A stretch of 40,873 nt of DNA, taken from positions 64,001 through 104,873 of the IMG/VR virus record IMGVR_UViG_3300032213_000610; one strand, 5' to 3'. Each line of letters starts with the position of its first letter. The stretch's first letter is position 1. This stretch comes from a virus (Duplodnaviria; Heunggongvirae; Uroviricota; Caudoviricetes). Both the position numbers and the translations under genes were made by a program. Below the pieces are notes generated by a model. The model was not told the DNA's origin. It saw only the letters and a list, made by a program, of their open reading frames with translations, and did not search any database. This document shows, piece by piece, positions 25,901 through 33,767 of the stretch.

Positions 25901-26181
25901 TGCAAATTAACAAGAAATTCTTTCCTGAGGTGATGCAAGATAACGAACTTGCTTATTTTGCTCACCTTCAGGGAATTATAGATTCTGTGGATGAGTTAGC
26001 CACATTAGAAATTACTAGGAATCCCAATTCCTACCACTTTAGACTAGCACCGTCTGTACCTAGGTATAATGACATGTTGCTAGAAGAGCTTTTGAAGTTT
26101 CATAACCTCTTACAGATCCATTTAGATCTGTCTAAAAGTATAAAGAGTTCTGCAACAATTGTCTTTGATATCACCATGTAA
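25900..26181 (+). CDS. Hypothetical protein (93 aa)
   Basis: Translationally coupled ORF; no motif recognised. Confidence 0.6.
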   Translation: MQINKKFFPEVMQDNELAYFAHLQGIIDSVDELATLEITRNPNSYHFRLAPSVPRYNDMLLEELLKFHNLLQIHLDLSKSIKSSATIVFDITM

Positions 26182-26187
26182 AATAAA

Positions 26188-26219
26188 TTTGGTAGATATT
26201 GCAGAAATACATATCTTTG
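26188..26219 (+). promoter_or_regulatory. Bacteroidota promoter for the basic-protein cluster
   Basis: TTTG (26188-26191), 20 nt, TATCTTTG (26212-26219); same AATTTGG-N19-ATATCTTTG layout as 14448. Confidence 0.75.
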
Positions 26220-26244
26220 TCCATAAAACCAAAAAATATATAAT

Positions 26245-26532
26245 ATGTCACAAGAATTAGATGTAACCCCAGTTCAAGAAGAAGTAAATATTCAAGAACC
26301 TGTTCAAGAACCTGTAAAGTACGATCCTAACAAGAAATACACCTGGAATACAGATGATATCTTTGTTATCAACGGTTCTGAGTTTGGTGTAATCCTTAAC
26401 TCATTACGTGCACAGTTAGCTACAGAAGAAGCTGCTCGTATTTTATTAGCTAACAGAGCTAACAATACAATTGAGCAAGTGTTAGCTAGATCAGTAGAAG
26501 CTGGTGTTATTAAAGAAGCTCAAGATCAATAG
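26245..26532 (+). CDS. Acidic hypothetical protein (95 aa)
   Basis: ORF with an A-rich leader directly after the promoter. Confidence 0.6.
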   Translation: MSQELDVTPVQEEVNIQEPVQEPVKYDPNKKYTWNTDDIFVINGSEFGVILNSLRAQLATEEAARILLANRANNTIEQVLARSVEAGVIKEAQDQ

Positions 26533-26535
26533 ATT

Positions 26536-26685
26536 ATGGCAAAAGAAATGATTAAACGCAAGGATGGTTCTGTTTCACAACGTGGTTTGTGGGACAACAT
26601 TCGTGCTGCAAAGGGTTCTGGTAAGAAACCTACATCTGCTATGCTTAAGCAGGAAAAAAAGATCAAGGCTAAAGCTAAGAAGTAA
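26536..26685 (+). CDS. Basic microprotein (49 aa), not in the ORF track
   Basis: MAKEMIKRKDGSVSQRGLWDNIRAAKGSGKKPTSAMLKQEKKIKAKAKK. Confidence 0.75.
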   Translation: MAKEMIKRKDGSVSQRGLWDNIRAAKGSGKKPTSAMLKQEKKIKAKAKK

Positions 26686-26765
26686 TGAACGATCATTGCT
26701 CCATACATGAAATAGCTCTTGAGGAAGGACAATGTCCTAAATGTTTAGAACAATCTAATATATAA
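26685..26765 (+). CDS. 26-aa putative zinc-binding microprotein
   Basis: MNDHCSIHEIALEEGQCPKCLEQSNI (CxxH...CxxC); coupled by a TAATG overlap. Confidence 0.5.
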   Translation: MNDHCSIHEIALEEGQCPKCLEQSNI

Positions 26766-26770
26766 ATAAG

Positions 26771-27319
26771 ATGATGACAAAAGTTAAAAAAGCTAAAAGT
26801 GGCAAATCTTTCCCAGACTTAAACAAGGATGGTAAGATTACTAAAGCTGACATTCTTAAAGGACGTGGTGTTATTGCTAATAAGGGTGCTAATATTAAGA
26901 AGGCTCAAGATGGTAAGTCTATTGACAGTACAAGAATCTATAAAAAGAGAGCTGAAGATGCTGGCAATAAGTTGTTAAAAGATGATGTTCGTAACTTTGG
27001 TAAGAACGTTAAAGACTTTGCAACAAAGCAAGCTGACTTAAAAAGATATGGAAGAAAAGGTAAACCTGGTTATGATGAACAAGGTAATAGAAAGCCTCTT
27101 TCACTTAAATTTAAAGTAAGGAAAGCTCAGGCTGGATTAGTTGCTTCTAATAAGCGTGTAGGACCAATTGATCCTAAAGGTGCTTGGACTAAGGTGCAAG
27201 AAATGAACTTACCTCCTCGTAACGTTAAAACTTCTGTAAGCCTTAAGAAGGACAAACAGTTAGGTGCTACAAAGATGATGAAGATGGGTGGTAAAGCAAA
27301 AGCTAAAAAGAAAAAATAA
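26771..27319 (+). CDS. Lys-rich basic protein with KAQxG motifs
   Basis: Very high K content; KKAKSG, KKAQDG, RKAQAG; also a DLNKDGKIT EF-hand/dockerin-like turn. Confidence 0.65.
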   Translation: MMTKVKKAKSGKSFPDLNKDGKITKADILKGRGVIANKGANIKKAQDGKSIDSTRIYKKRAEDAGNKLLKDDVRNFGKNVKDFATKQADLKRYGRKGKPGYDEQGNRKPLSLKFKVRKAQAGLVASNKRVGPIDPKGAWTKVQEMNLPPRNVKTSVSLKKDKQLGATKMMKMGGKAKAKKKK

Positions 27320-27480
27320 TGGCTACAGATAAAAAGTGGATGCAGAAGGTATCTAAGTCTATTAAGGCTAGAGGTACAGAAGGTAAATGCACTCCTATCA
27401 CCAAACCTGGTTGTACAGGTAAGGCTAAAGCTCTTGCTAAGACATTTAAGAAGATAGCTGCAAAGCGTAAAGGCAAATAA
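27319..27480 (+). CDS. Basic microprotein (53 aa), not in the ORF track
   Basis: MATDKKWMQKVSKSIKARGTEGKCTPITKPGCTGKAKALAKTFKKIAAKRKGK. Confidence 0.7.
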   Translation: MATDKKWMQKVSKSIKARGTEGKCTPITKPGCTGKAKALAKTFKKIAAKRKGK

Positions 27481-27481
27481 C

Positions 27482-27922
27482 ATGGCTAGAATTCCTAAGA
27501 CAAAAGTGTATAATCCACAGAAGGCTGAAGCTTATGTAGGTAAAGGAGTTCTTAGAACTGGTGGTAAAATCACCCCTGTTCCTAATGGTCCTCTTGTTAA
27601 AAAGAAGGGAGAGTTTAAAGGCTCTACATTAAAAGACGGTGGTAAGGTTAGCCCAGCATGGCAAAGAAAAGAAGGTAAAAACCCTGAAGGTGGATTAAAC
27701 GCTAAGGGTGTAGCTTCTTATAGAAAAGCTAATCCAGGTAGCAAGCTGAAGACAGCTGTTACCACTAAACCTTCAAAACTCAAAGCTGGTTCTAAAGCAG
27801 CAAGTAGACGTAAGTCTTTCTGTTCTAGAATGTCAGGCATGAAAAAGAAACTCACATCTGCTAAAACGGCTAATGACCCTAATAGTAGAATTAATAAATC
27901 ACTTCGAAAATGGAATTGTTAA
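27482..27922 (+). CDS. Basic protein with a DUF6321-like C-terminal domain
   Basis: SPAWQRKEGKNPEGGLNAKG...RRKSFCSRMSGMK...DPNSRINKSLRKWNC, a conserved block widespread in aquatic phages. Confidence 0.7.
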   Translation: MARIPKTKVYNPQKAEAYVGKGVLRTGGKITPVPNGPLVKKKGEFKGSTLKDGGKVSPAWQRKEGKNPEGGLNAKGVASYRKANPGSKLKTAVTTKPSKLKAGSKAASRRKSFCSRMSGMKKKLTSAKTANDPNSRINKSLRKWNC

Positions 27923-27923
27923 A

Positions 27924-28454
27924 ATGGCAAAAGTAAAAAAAGCACAACTTGGTGATCATCTTGTTAAAAGAAAATCACAAGATGATAGAATACACAGAAT
28001 AGAAAAGAAAGACCCTGAAAGGGCTGAACGAGTAGCTGCTCGTGTACAAAAAAGAGCTTTAAGTTCAGTTAAACCAAGTTCAGTTAAGCCACCAAGTCGA
28101 ATGTCTATGTCATTAAGAGAGCGTGCAAAAGCTGCAAAAGAAAGAAAAGCTGCTGAAGCTGGAAAAGCTCCTAAAGCTCAGTCTGGAGATTCATTAGTTT
28201 ATGAAACTAAAGGTGTTCGTTATCCAAAAAGAAGACTAGCTGTTGATACCACTGGCTATGCTGATGGTAAGAAAACATTTAAAGGTACTGGTAGGTATTT
28301 AGAAGGATTAGAATCAGGTGTATATAAAGATTATCCTGCAAAACCTAAAAAATATGGCAGAAAGATTGTAAAATCAATCATAAATGCTAAGAGTGCAACA
28401 CCAAAGAAAAAAACTGGTGGTAACGTTACCAAGAAAAAAATTGTTAAAAAATAA
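27924..28454 (+). CDS. Lys/Arg-rich basic protein with KAQxG motifs
   Basis: Start moved to 27924 (MAKVKKAQLG...); also PKAQSG. Confidence 0.65.
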   Translation: MAKVKKAQLGDHLVKRKSQDDRIHRIEKKDPERAERVAARVQKRALSSVKPSSVKPPSRMSMSLRERAKAAKERKAAEAGKAPKAQSGDSLVYETKGVRYPKRRLAVDTTGYADGKKTFKGTGRYLEGLESGVYKDYPAKPKKYGRKIVKSIINAKSATPKKKTGGNVTKKKIVKK

Positions 28455-28466
28455 AAACTTATAAAA

Positions 28467-29075
28467 ATGGCAACTGTTAAAAAGGTTAAAAAAGCCCAAA
28501 GGGGTGGTTGTGTATCAAATATGAGCGGTGCACAAAGACAAAGATATTTCCAAAGTGCGTATGGACCTAGTCCTCTTCAAAAAGCTGGTCAAGCTATCAA
28601 AAATGTTTTCAGTGGTGGTAAAACTAAAGAAGAGCGTCAAGAAGCTAGAGCTGAAAAGAAAGCTGCTAGAGCTGCTAAAAAATCAGTACCTGGTGCTAAA
28701 TACGGTAAGAGTGTTGTTAAGAAAGCTCAAGATGGTAAAGCTCTTCGAAACACAAAAGAACATGAAAAAAACAGAAAACAATCAACAGCACTCACTGAAA
28801 TGGGTAAGAAAACCACTAGAGCTGCTATAGACAAACGTACTGATGAAATGGCTAAGTCTTTAGACAAAGCTTCTGTTTTTGGTAAGAACTATGTTGCACC
28901 TGGTGATTCAGCTAAGAAAAAAGCTGCTGCTAAAAAGCTTGCTCCTAAAAAGAAAATGAAACACGGTGGTACTGTATCTATGCAACTTGGTAGTTATGGT
29001 AGACAACCTGGTAAGAACTACACTGGTAAAGCTAAATCAGGTACGTCTGTAGGTAAATGTAAATATGGTTGCTAA
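28467..29075 (+). CDS. Lys-rich basic protein with KAQxG motifs
   Basis: MATVKKVKKAQRGG..., VKKAQDG, KAKSG. Confidence 0.65.
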   Translation: MATVKKVKKAQRGGCVSNMSGAQRQRYFQSAYGPSPLQKAGQAIKNVFSGGKTKEERQEARAEKKAARAAKKSVPGAKYGKSVVKKAQDGKALRNTKEHEKNRKQSTALTEMGKKTTRAAIDKRTDEMAKSLDKASVFGKNYVAPGDSAKKKAAAKKLAPKKKMKHGGTVSMQLGSYGRQPGKNYTGKAKSGTSVGKCKYGC

Positions 29076-29215
29076 TGAAATCAGGTAAACCACGTTTAGC
29101 TCCTAAGGTTAGAAACCCTAAGCCTAACAAGCCTTATATGAGGGAATCAGATAATACTAGAAATAAAGGTAAGAGCCCTATGGCTCCTATGACTGGTAAG
29201 AAATTATCAAAATAA
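29075..29215 (+). CDS. Basic microprotein (46 aa), not in the ORF track
   Basis: MKSGKPRLAPKVRNPKPNKPYMRESDNTRNKGKSPMAPMTGKKLSK; TAATG coupling; ends just before the terminator. Confidence 0.65.
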   Translation: MKSGKPRLAPKVRNPKPNKPYMRESDNTRNKGKSPMAPMTGKKLSK

Positions 29216-29216
29216 T

Positions 29217-29247
29217 AAAAAGCCCCAAATTAATGGGGCTTTTTTTA
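29217..29247. terminator. Bidirectional intrinsic terminator between the convergent arms
   Basis: AAAAAGCCCCA-AATTAA-TGGGGCTTTTT with an A-run before and a T-run after. Confidence 0.9.
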
Positions 29248-29267
29248 TGAGCAAAAACGAAAGGGGG

Positions 29268-29906
29268 CTATGAAAGTTTATATATTTGTTTTAATCGAGA
29301 TCCCCAACTAGATACACCACTAGCATTTTGTAAATAGTATTTCCATTCATCAGACATTGTTTCATCTAAATACCAAGGGATATGTCTAATTGTATAAGGC
29401 TCTGGTAGTCTTACAGCATTGTAGCTAAACATTGAACCTGAACGATATAAAGCAAATGTTGTATCAACATCAGCTACCCAACCAGACTGGCATTTATTTA
29501 TCCAATATCTAGATTCATGATCTTTCACTTGTCTTGTAAGTTCATTATCTGGAAGATCATCCAGTCTTAATGAAAATCCAACCTTGTCAGAATTTATAAC
29601 ATTAAGTGAATCTAACATCTTATCTAACCAGTCTTCAGGTACACCATCATATGTACAATCTGAATCTGCTATAATGTAATAGTCTTTATTTATATTAGGA
29701 ATACCCCATACACTATAAGGTCCTCCATTTTCTGTATTATATAATACGTTTTGTGTTTTGTAATATTCTAGCAAGGGGGGATAGGTAGATTGTTGATCGT
29801 ATATAATCACCTCCACCCTAGGCTCTTTAGATAAAAACTCTATAGTGTTCTTAAGTGTTGTAAGAAGATTTCTATTAACTACTACTGCTTTTATTTTATT
29901 TGACAT
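29268..29906 (-). CDS. GT2-like glycosyltransferase
   Basis: KAVVVNRN...IIYDQQSTYPPLLEYY...NGG...YIIADSDC (DxD). Confidence 0.65.
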   Translation of the reverse strand: MSNKIKAVVVNRNLLTTLKNTIEFLSKEPRVEVIIYDQQSTYPPLLEYYKTQNVLYNTENGGPYSVWGIPNINKDYYIIADSDCTYDGVPEDWLDKMLDSLNVINSDKVGFSLRLDDLPDNELTRQVKDHESRYWINKCQSGWVADVDTTFALYRSGSMFSYNAVRLPEPYTIRHIPWYLDETMSDEWKYYLQNASGVSSWGSRLKQIYKLS

Positions 29907-30639
29907 AATCTTTTAGCATTTGTACGTAATCAACTTCCCAATTAGGATTTAGTTTAACTTCTCCTGTAGGAATATTTCCTATAACTCTTTGTCTTTCAAC
30001 GTGAGCACTGTGTCTTTGTATAGCGTTAAGCTTTCCAGGATGGTCAGTACCTTCACCACTCATGTGATAACCTCTACCTCCCCACATATAGAACCAACTT
30101 GCTTCTTCCTTAGGAGGTTTAGCAAATAGTCTTCCTCCATATGCGTTGATACGTTCTATGAATGTCATATCATATCCAGCATTTTCAAGAGGATGTCCTC
30201 CTATAGCTTTCCAAGCTGACTTTCTAAACACGATACCAGAGTTACCTATCCAACCCACATTTTCAATACCTGTACTGTGACATAACACTCCCACTTCCCA
30301 GTGTATAATGTTTACATCATCAGTCATGTATTTAGCTACATTCTGTAAGTGATTTGGTAGAGCTACATCATCATCATCCCATTGACATATTATATCTCCC
30401 TGGCATAGTTCTGTGGCATAGTTTTCCTTCTCACCTATAGTATCAAAGGTTTTATCTAGGTTAACTATCTTAACTTGAGGATGGTCAAACACAAGAGTTT
30501 GTAAAGGATAGTCATTAACTATTATAAGCTCACACTTATCTGCAGGATAGTCCTGCTTGAGGAAAGATTCAATACTCTCCTCAAGCGTGGACACTCTACC
30601 GTAAGTTATACATTTACATGATATAAATGGATACTCCAT
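29896..30639 (-). CDS. Glycosyltransferase family 2
   Basis: ISCKCITYGR...ESFLKQDY...LIIVND...GDIICQWDDDD. Start moved to 30639. Confidence 0.8.
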   Translation of the reverse strand: MEYPFISCKCITYGRVSTLEESIESFLKQDYPADKCELIIVNDYPLQTLVFDHPQVKIVNLDKTFDTIGEKENYATELCQGDIICQWDDDDVALPNHLQNVAKYMTDDVNIIHWEVGVLCHSTGIENVGWIGNSGIVFRKSAWKAIGGHPLENAGYDMTFIERINAYGGRLFAKPPKEEASWFYMWGGRGYHMSGEGTDHPGKLNAIQRHSAHVERQRVIGNIPTGEVKLNPNWEVDYVQMLKDYVK

Positions 30640-30640
30640 A

Positions 30641-30928
30641 TTACCAGATTTGAATAATGTCAAATGGTGAAACTAATATTGCACGTTCATCATTCTCATT
30701 AATTGGAACCAATGTAGCTTTGTTTAAAGCTGCTGGATCTACCAACACCCAATCTCCTGCTTTGATTTCTGTAACAATAGTACCAACTTGTAGCACTTTT
30801 AGTTTAGACATCTTGTTAAGTAATTCTCTTTGTAATGCTTCTTTAGTGTTCTCATCTACAACAATCTTGCTTTCCTCATCTTGTGGAGGTAATTGTAATA
30901 GCACTCTGTTTCCTAATAACTTTGCCAT
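30641..30928 (-). CDS. groES: GroES/Cpn10-like co-chaperonin
   Basis: KLLGNRVLL...KVLQVGTIVTEIKAGDWVL matches Cpn10 PLxDRVLV...GxVxAVG...VKxGDxV. Confidence 0.7.
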   Translation of the reverse strand: MAKLLGNRVLLQLPPQDEESKIVVDENTKEALQRELLNKMSKLKVLQVGTIVTEIKAGDWVLVDPAALNKATLVPINENDERAILVSPFDIIQIW

Positions 30929-30930
30929 GA

Positions 30931-31200
30931 TTATTTGTTTAAATTGTGAAATCTTGTAATGTCTTCATCAAACAGACTAATCTCTGTTGAATATGTGTTA
31001 CGTTGTCTTTTAACTCCTCTTTGTTTACCCGTTTTAGGATCAATATCTGGAACATCTTCTGAACGATCATGTGCATCATCTAATAAGACTAACACTTTGT
31101 TGTCTTCTACTTGAACTGATCTAATCACCTTATTTAGGTTAAAACTGTCGGTGTAAACTTTATCACCGTCCTTTCTTGTGTAAAAGAATAAATTGCTCAT
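30931..31200 (-). CDS. Hypothetical protein (89 aa)
   Basis: Clean ORF in the operon. Confidence 0.6.
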   Translation of the reverse strand: MSNLFFYTRKDGDKVYTDSFNLNKVIRSVQVEDNKVLVLLDDAHDRSEDVPDIDPKTGKQRGVKRQRNTYSTEISLFDEDITRFHNLNK

Positions 31201-31646
31201 TTGTTTTGGTTTACTTGTTTATAAAATTGTTTTGTTAAGTATTGTAATTGATAGGTGTACACTTCCTCAGTGTGCTCATTTAGCTCAATACCTGCCCATT
31301 TCATCATATCTATTGTTACATGAAGCAATTCATGTTGTACAACAGATGAGTCTTTAATATCTGAGAACCATATGATAGGAGGTTTACCATCAGCTGTACC
31401 AAATGTTACAGCCCTAGCATCTAAATCAGGAGATTTAAGACTACTGTCAAAGTTGTTAGTTATATACTTAGCAGCAAATGCTGTATCCTCTGTAACAATG
31501 ATTTGTACTTCTAAATCAAATGTTCCAGCAGGTATTGTATACACTTTGTAATTAGACTTTGGAGCTTTACCGTCTGCCACCCATATAGATGTAACTATCA
31601 TGGCTACCAAGGATACACCTATTATTATTCCCTCAGCTAATTTCAT
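31197..31646 (-). CDS. Membrane-anchored protein with an HExxH (zincin-like) motif
   Basis: N-terminal hydrophobic helix; VVQHELLHVT...EEVYTY. Confidence 0.5.
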   Translation of the reverse strand: MKLAEGIIIGVSLVAMIVTSIWVADGKAPKSNYKVYTIPAGTFDLEVQIIVTEDTAFAAKYITNNFDSSLKSPDLDARAVTFGTADGKPPIIWFSDIKDSSVVQHELLHVTIDMMKWAGIELNEHTEEVYTYQLQYLTKQFYKQVNQNK

Positions 31647-32031
31647 ACTTTTGTTTTAACTGTTCACGTCTTTTATTCACTTCCTCAAACCTGTAAATAT
31701 CACTCTCCACTTGATCATGTTCATTCAATGTCAAAAGTATGATATTTTCTTCATCTAATGCAGCTTGAGGATATTTTTCTTTTGGTAAAATATGATGGAA
31801 GAATGCTGTTGACACACCACCTATTAAATAATCCCCACTAACTTCTGACAATCTAGGTCTAGTTTTCCATATCTTTAGAAACAAATCCTTCATAGGATTA
31901 ATCTCTGTAATAGGATGTTTGTCAGGGACCTTCACCTTAAATCCTTTCGCAGAGGATAAAGGTTTTCTAGGCTTGTGCATAAAACAATATTCTCCATCAC
32001 ATTTCTTACCACAGGTTTTACATGTAGCCAT
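31633..32031 (-). CDS. HNH-like endonuclease with an N-terminal zinc finger
   Basis: CKTCG..C...CFMH; FFHHILPK...ENIILLTLNEHDQV. Confidence 0.6.
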   Translation of the reverse strand: MATCKTCGKKCDGEYCFMHKPRKPLSSAKGFKVKVPDKHPITEINPMKDLFLKIWKTRPRLSEVSGDYLIGGVSTAFFHHILPKEKYPQAALDEENIILLTLNEHDQVESDIYRFEEVNKRREQLKQKYEIS

Positions 32032-32459
32032 TACTTAAGACCAGTTGATCCAAATCCACCATCACCTCTATCTGTATCTGATAGGGCTACCACTTCTAAG
32101 AATGCGATGTTATACACCTCATCTAGATAGAACTGAGCAACACGATCACCTACATTATAAGGGAAGTCTTGATCATCTTTAGTAGGAGTGAATATACACA
32201 TCCACTCTCCTCTATAATCAGAGTCAATAATACCTATGGAGTTGTTCATCACCCAGTGGTATTTAGTTAAGTTACTACGAGGTACTAACACAGCTTTATA
32301 GCCTACAGGGATTTCTGTCTTAAACCCTAAACCAACAACAATTTTACCATTCTCACTAGTAATACTGTGTGCATACACATCATAACATGCAGCATCTAAA
32401 CTTCCTCTAGAGGGAACAATAGTGTTGTCAGAGATCTTTTTAAATTTCACTTGTAACAT
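32031..32459 (-). CDS. dut: Trimeric dUTPase
   Basis: AACYDVY, PRSNL, GIIDSDYRGE, GDRVAQ, RGDGGFGSTG. Start moved to 32459. Confidence 0.95.
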   Translation of the reverse strand: MLQVKFKKISDNTIVPSRGSLDAACYDVYAHSITSENGKIVVGLGFKTEIPVGYKAVLVPRSNLTKYHWVMNNSIGIIDSDYRGEWMCIFTPTKDDQDFPYNVGDRVAQFYLDEVYNIAFLEVVALSDTDRGDGGFGSTGLK

Positions 32460-33474
32460 CTTCTTCGATTTTAATTTCAGTTTGATTAATTTTGTTAATA
32501 ATGCTAGTCTTGATTTCATTGTAAAACTCTTCGTTGTCTAACAACATAGCTTTAAACTGATCAAGATCATACTTTGTTTCATTGAATGTGAATGTCTTAC
32601 CATACTTCCTACCAAGTTCAAACTCGTTAAGAAGTTCCATAATCTCACCCACCTTATCAATACCCTCACCATATACAATATCAAATGCATGTAGCTTATA
32701 AGGAGAACTCATCTTGTTCTTTACAGCTTTCACCTTGGTGATATTACCGTAGTTCACATCACCTTCCTTAGCTAAGCTCTTGCTCACCTCTATTCTTACA
32801 TCAGTGTAGAACTTCAATGCATGCCCACCCTGAGTTGTTGTAGGGTTACCAAACATGACACCAATCTTCTCACGATATTGACTTACAACAATAACACATA
32901 CATTATGTTGTGATAGGGCACCTTTTAGTTTTGGATATGCATTGCTATTCAATCTAGCTTTGTAACCGATAGTGCTATCACCCACATCACCATCTAATTG
33001 TTTCTTAGGAATCAATGAGCTATCTGAGTCAATGATAACAAGATCAACATCTCCTGTTTGAATCATTTCCATAGCAATGTTAAAGCCTTCCTCACCGCAG
33101 CTTGGTTGAGCAATTAACATCTTGGTAGTGTCTACACCTAGAGCTTGGAAGTAATGCTTATCTACAGCATGTTCGCCATCTATATATAACACAGTGCCTC
33201 CCTTCTTTTGACACTCTGCTACAGCGTGACCACAGATAGTAGATTTACCGCTACCCTCCCAGCCCATTAGTTCATACATCTTACCTTTTACAAATCCTCC
33301 AGTTCCTAAAGTGATGTAATCAAAACCAATACTCCCTGTACTGATAATGTCATACTCACCATCTGTTTTGCTTTCTAGTGTTAGGATTGTTCCTACACCG
33401 TAAGCTTTGTTCAATTTCTCAAGGGCTTCTTGATATTTACTTTTGCCCTCTGAGGTTTCCTTTGCTTTTGCCAT
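32440..33474 (-). CDS. recA: RecA recombinase
   Basis: Walker A GWEGSGKST, YIDGEHA, IAQPSCGEE, VIIDS, NPTTTQGGHALKFYTDVRIE, VKNKMSSP. Confidence 0.95.
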   Translation of the reverse strand: MAKAKETSEGKSKYQEALEKLNKAYGVGTILTLESKTDGEYDIISTGSIGFDYITLGTGGFVKGKMYELMGWEGSGKSTICGHAVAECQKKGGTVLYIDGEHAVDKHYFQALGVDTTKMLIAQPSCGEEGFNIAMEMIQTGDVDLVIIDSDSSLIPKKQLDGDVGDSTIGYKARLNSNAYPKLKGALSQHNVCVIVVSQYREKIGVMFGNPTTTQGGHALKFYTDVRIEVSKSLAKEGDVNYGNITKVKAVKNKMSSPYKLHAFDIVYGEGIDKVGEIMELLNEFELGRKYGKTFTFNETKYDLDQFKAMLLDNEEFYNEIKTSIINKINQTEIKIEEDVTSEI

Positions 33475-33494
33475 AATTGTTGGTTTTATAGATA

Positions 33495-33502
33495 CAAATT
33501 TA
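33495..33502 (-). promoter_or_regulatory. Possible -7 box for recA
   Basis: TAAATTTG on the - strand, 20 nt upstream of the recA ATG; no properly spaced -33 box. Confidence 0.45.
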
Positions 33503-33523
33503 CGAATAATTTTACAAAATAAA

Positions 33524-33560
33524 AAATAAAAAATAGCCCCAGTATAGATATACCAGGGCT
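33524..33560 (-). terminator. Intrinsic terminator after nrdJ/DUF5522
   Basis: - strand AGCCCUGGUAU-AUCU-AUACUGGGGCU (11 bp including two G-U pairs) followed by AUUUUUUAUUUU. Confidence 0.85.
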
Positions 33561-33587
33561 TTCATAATCAAAACAGAACACAGAACA

Positions 33588-33767
33588 CTATATTTTTTTC
33601 TCTTCTTCTAGAAGAGTATTACCTTTTTTTCTTGGTTTGGTATATGGGCAGTGTTTACACCCGTTTGCACAGCATTCACCACGTTGGATGAGAAACAGAG
33701 ATGTGAATACAACTCTATTTCCCTCCAAGTAGTAGTGTTTATCTTTTATAAATTCTTTCTTTTCCAT
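33588..33767 (-). CDS. DUF5522-like Cys-rich small protein (59 aa), not in the ORF track
   Basis: MEKKEFIKDKHYYLEGNRVVFTSLFLIQRGECCANGCKHCPYTKPRKKGNTLLEEEKKI; its ATG overlaps the nrdJ stop. Confidence 0.8.
   Translation of the reverse strand: MEKKEFIKDKHYYLEGNRVVFTSLFLIQRGECCANGCKHCPYTKPRKKGNTLLEEEKKI

Noticed and set aside
29221-29269. Alternative pairing of AGCCCC with a second GGGGCT (29264-29269) as an RNA switch
   Set aside because: The second site overlaps the GT stop codon and gives only a short helix with a long loop. The local terminator is much more stable.
29281-29288. TATATTTG on the + strand as an antisense promoter into the GT2 genes
   Set aside because: No TTG at the expected spacing and no downstream + strand gene. 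An 8-mer of this type is expected by chance in AT-rich DNA.
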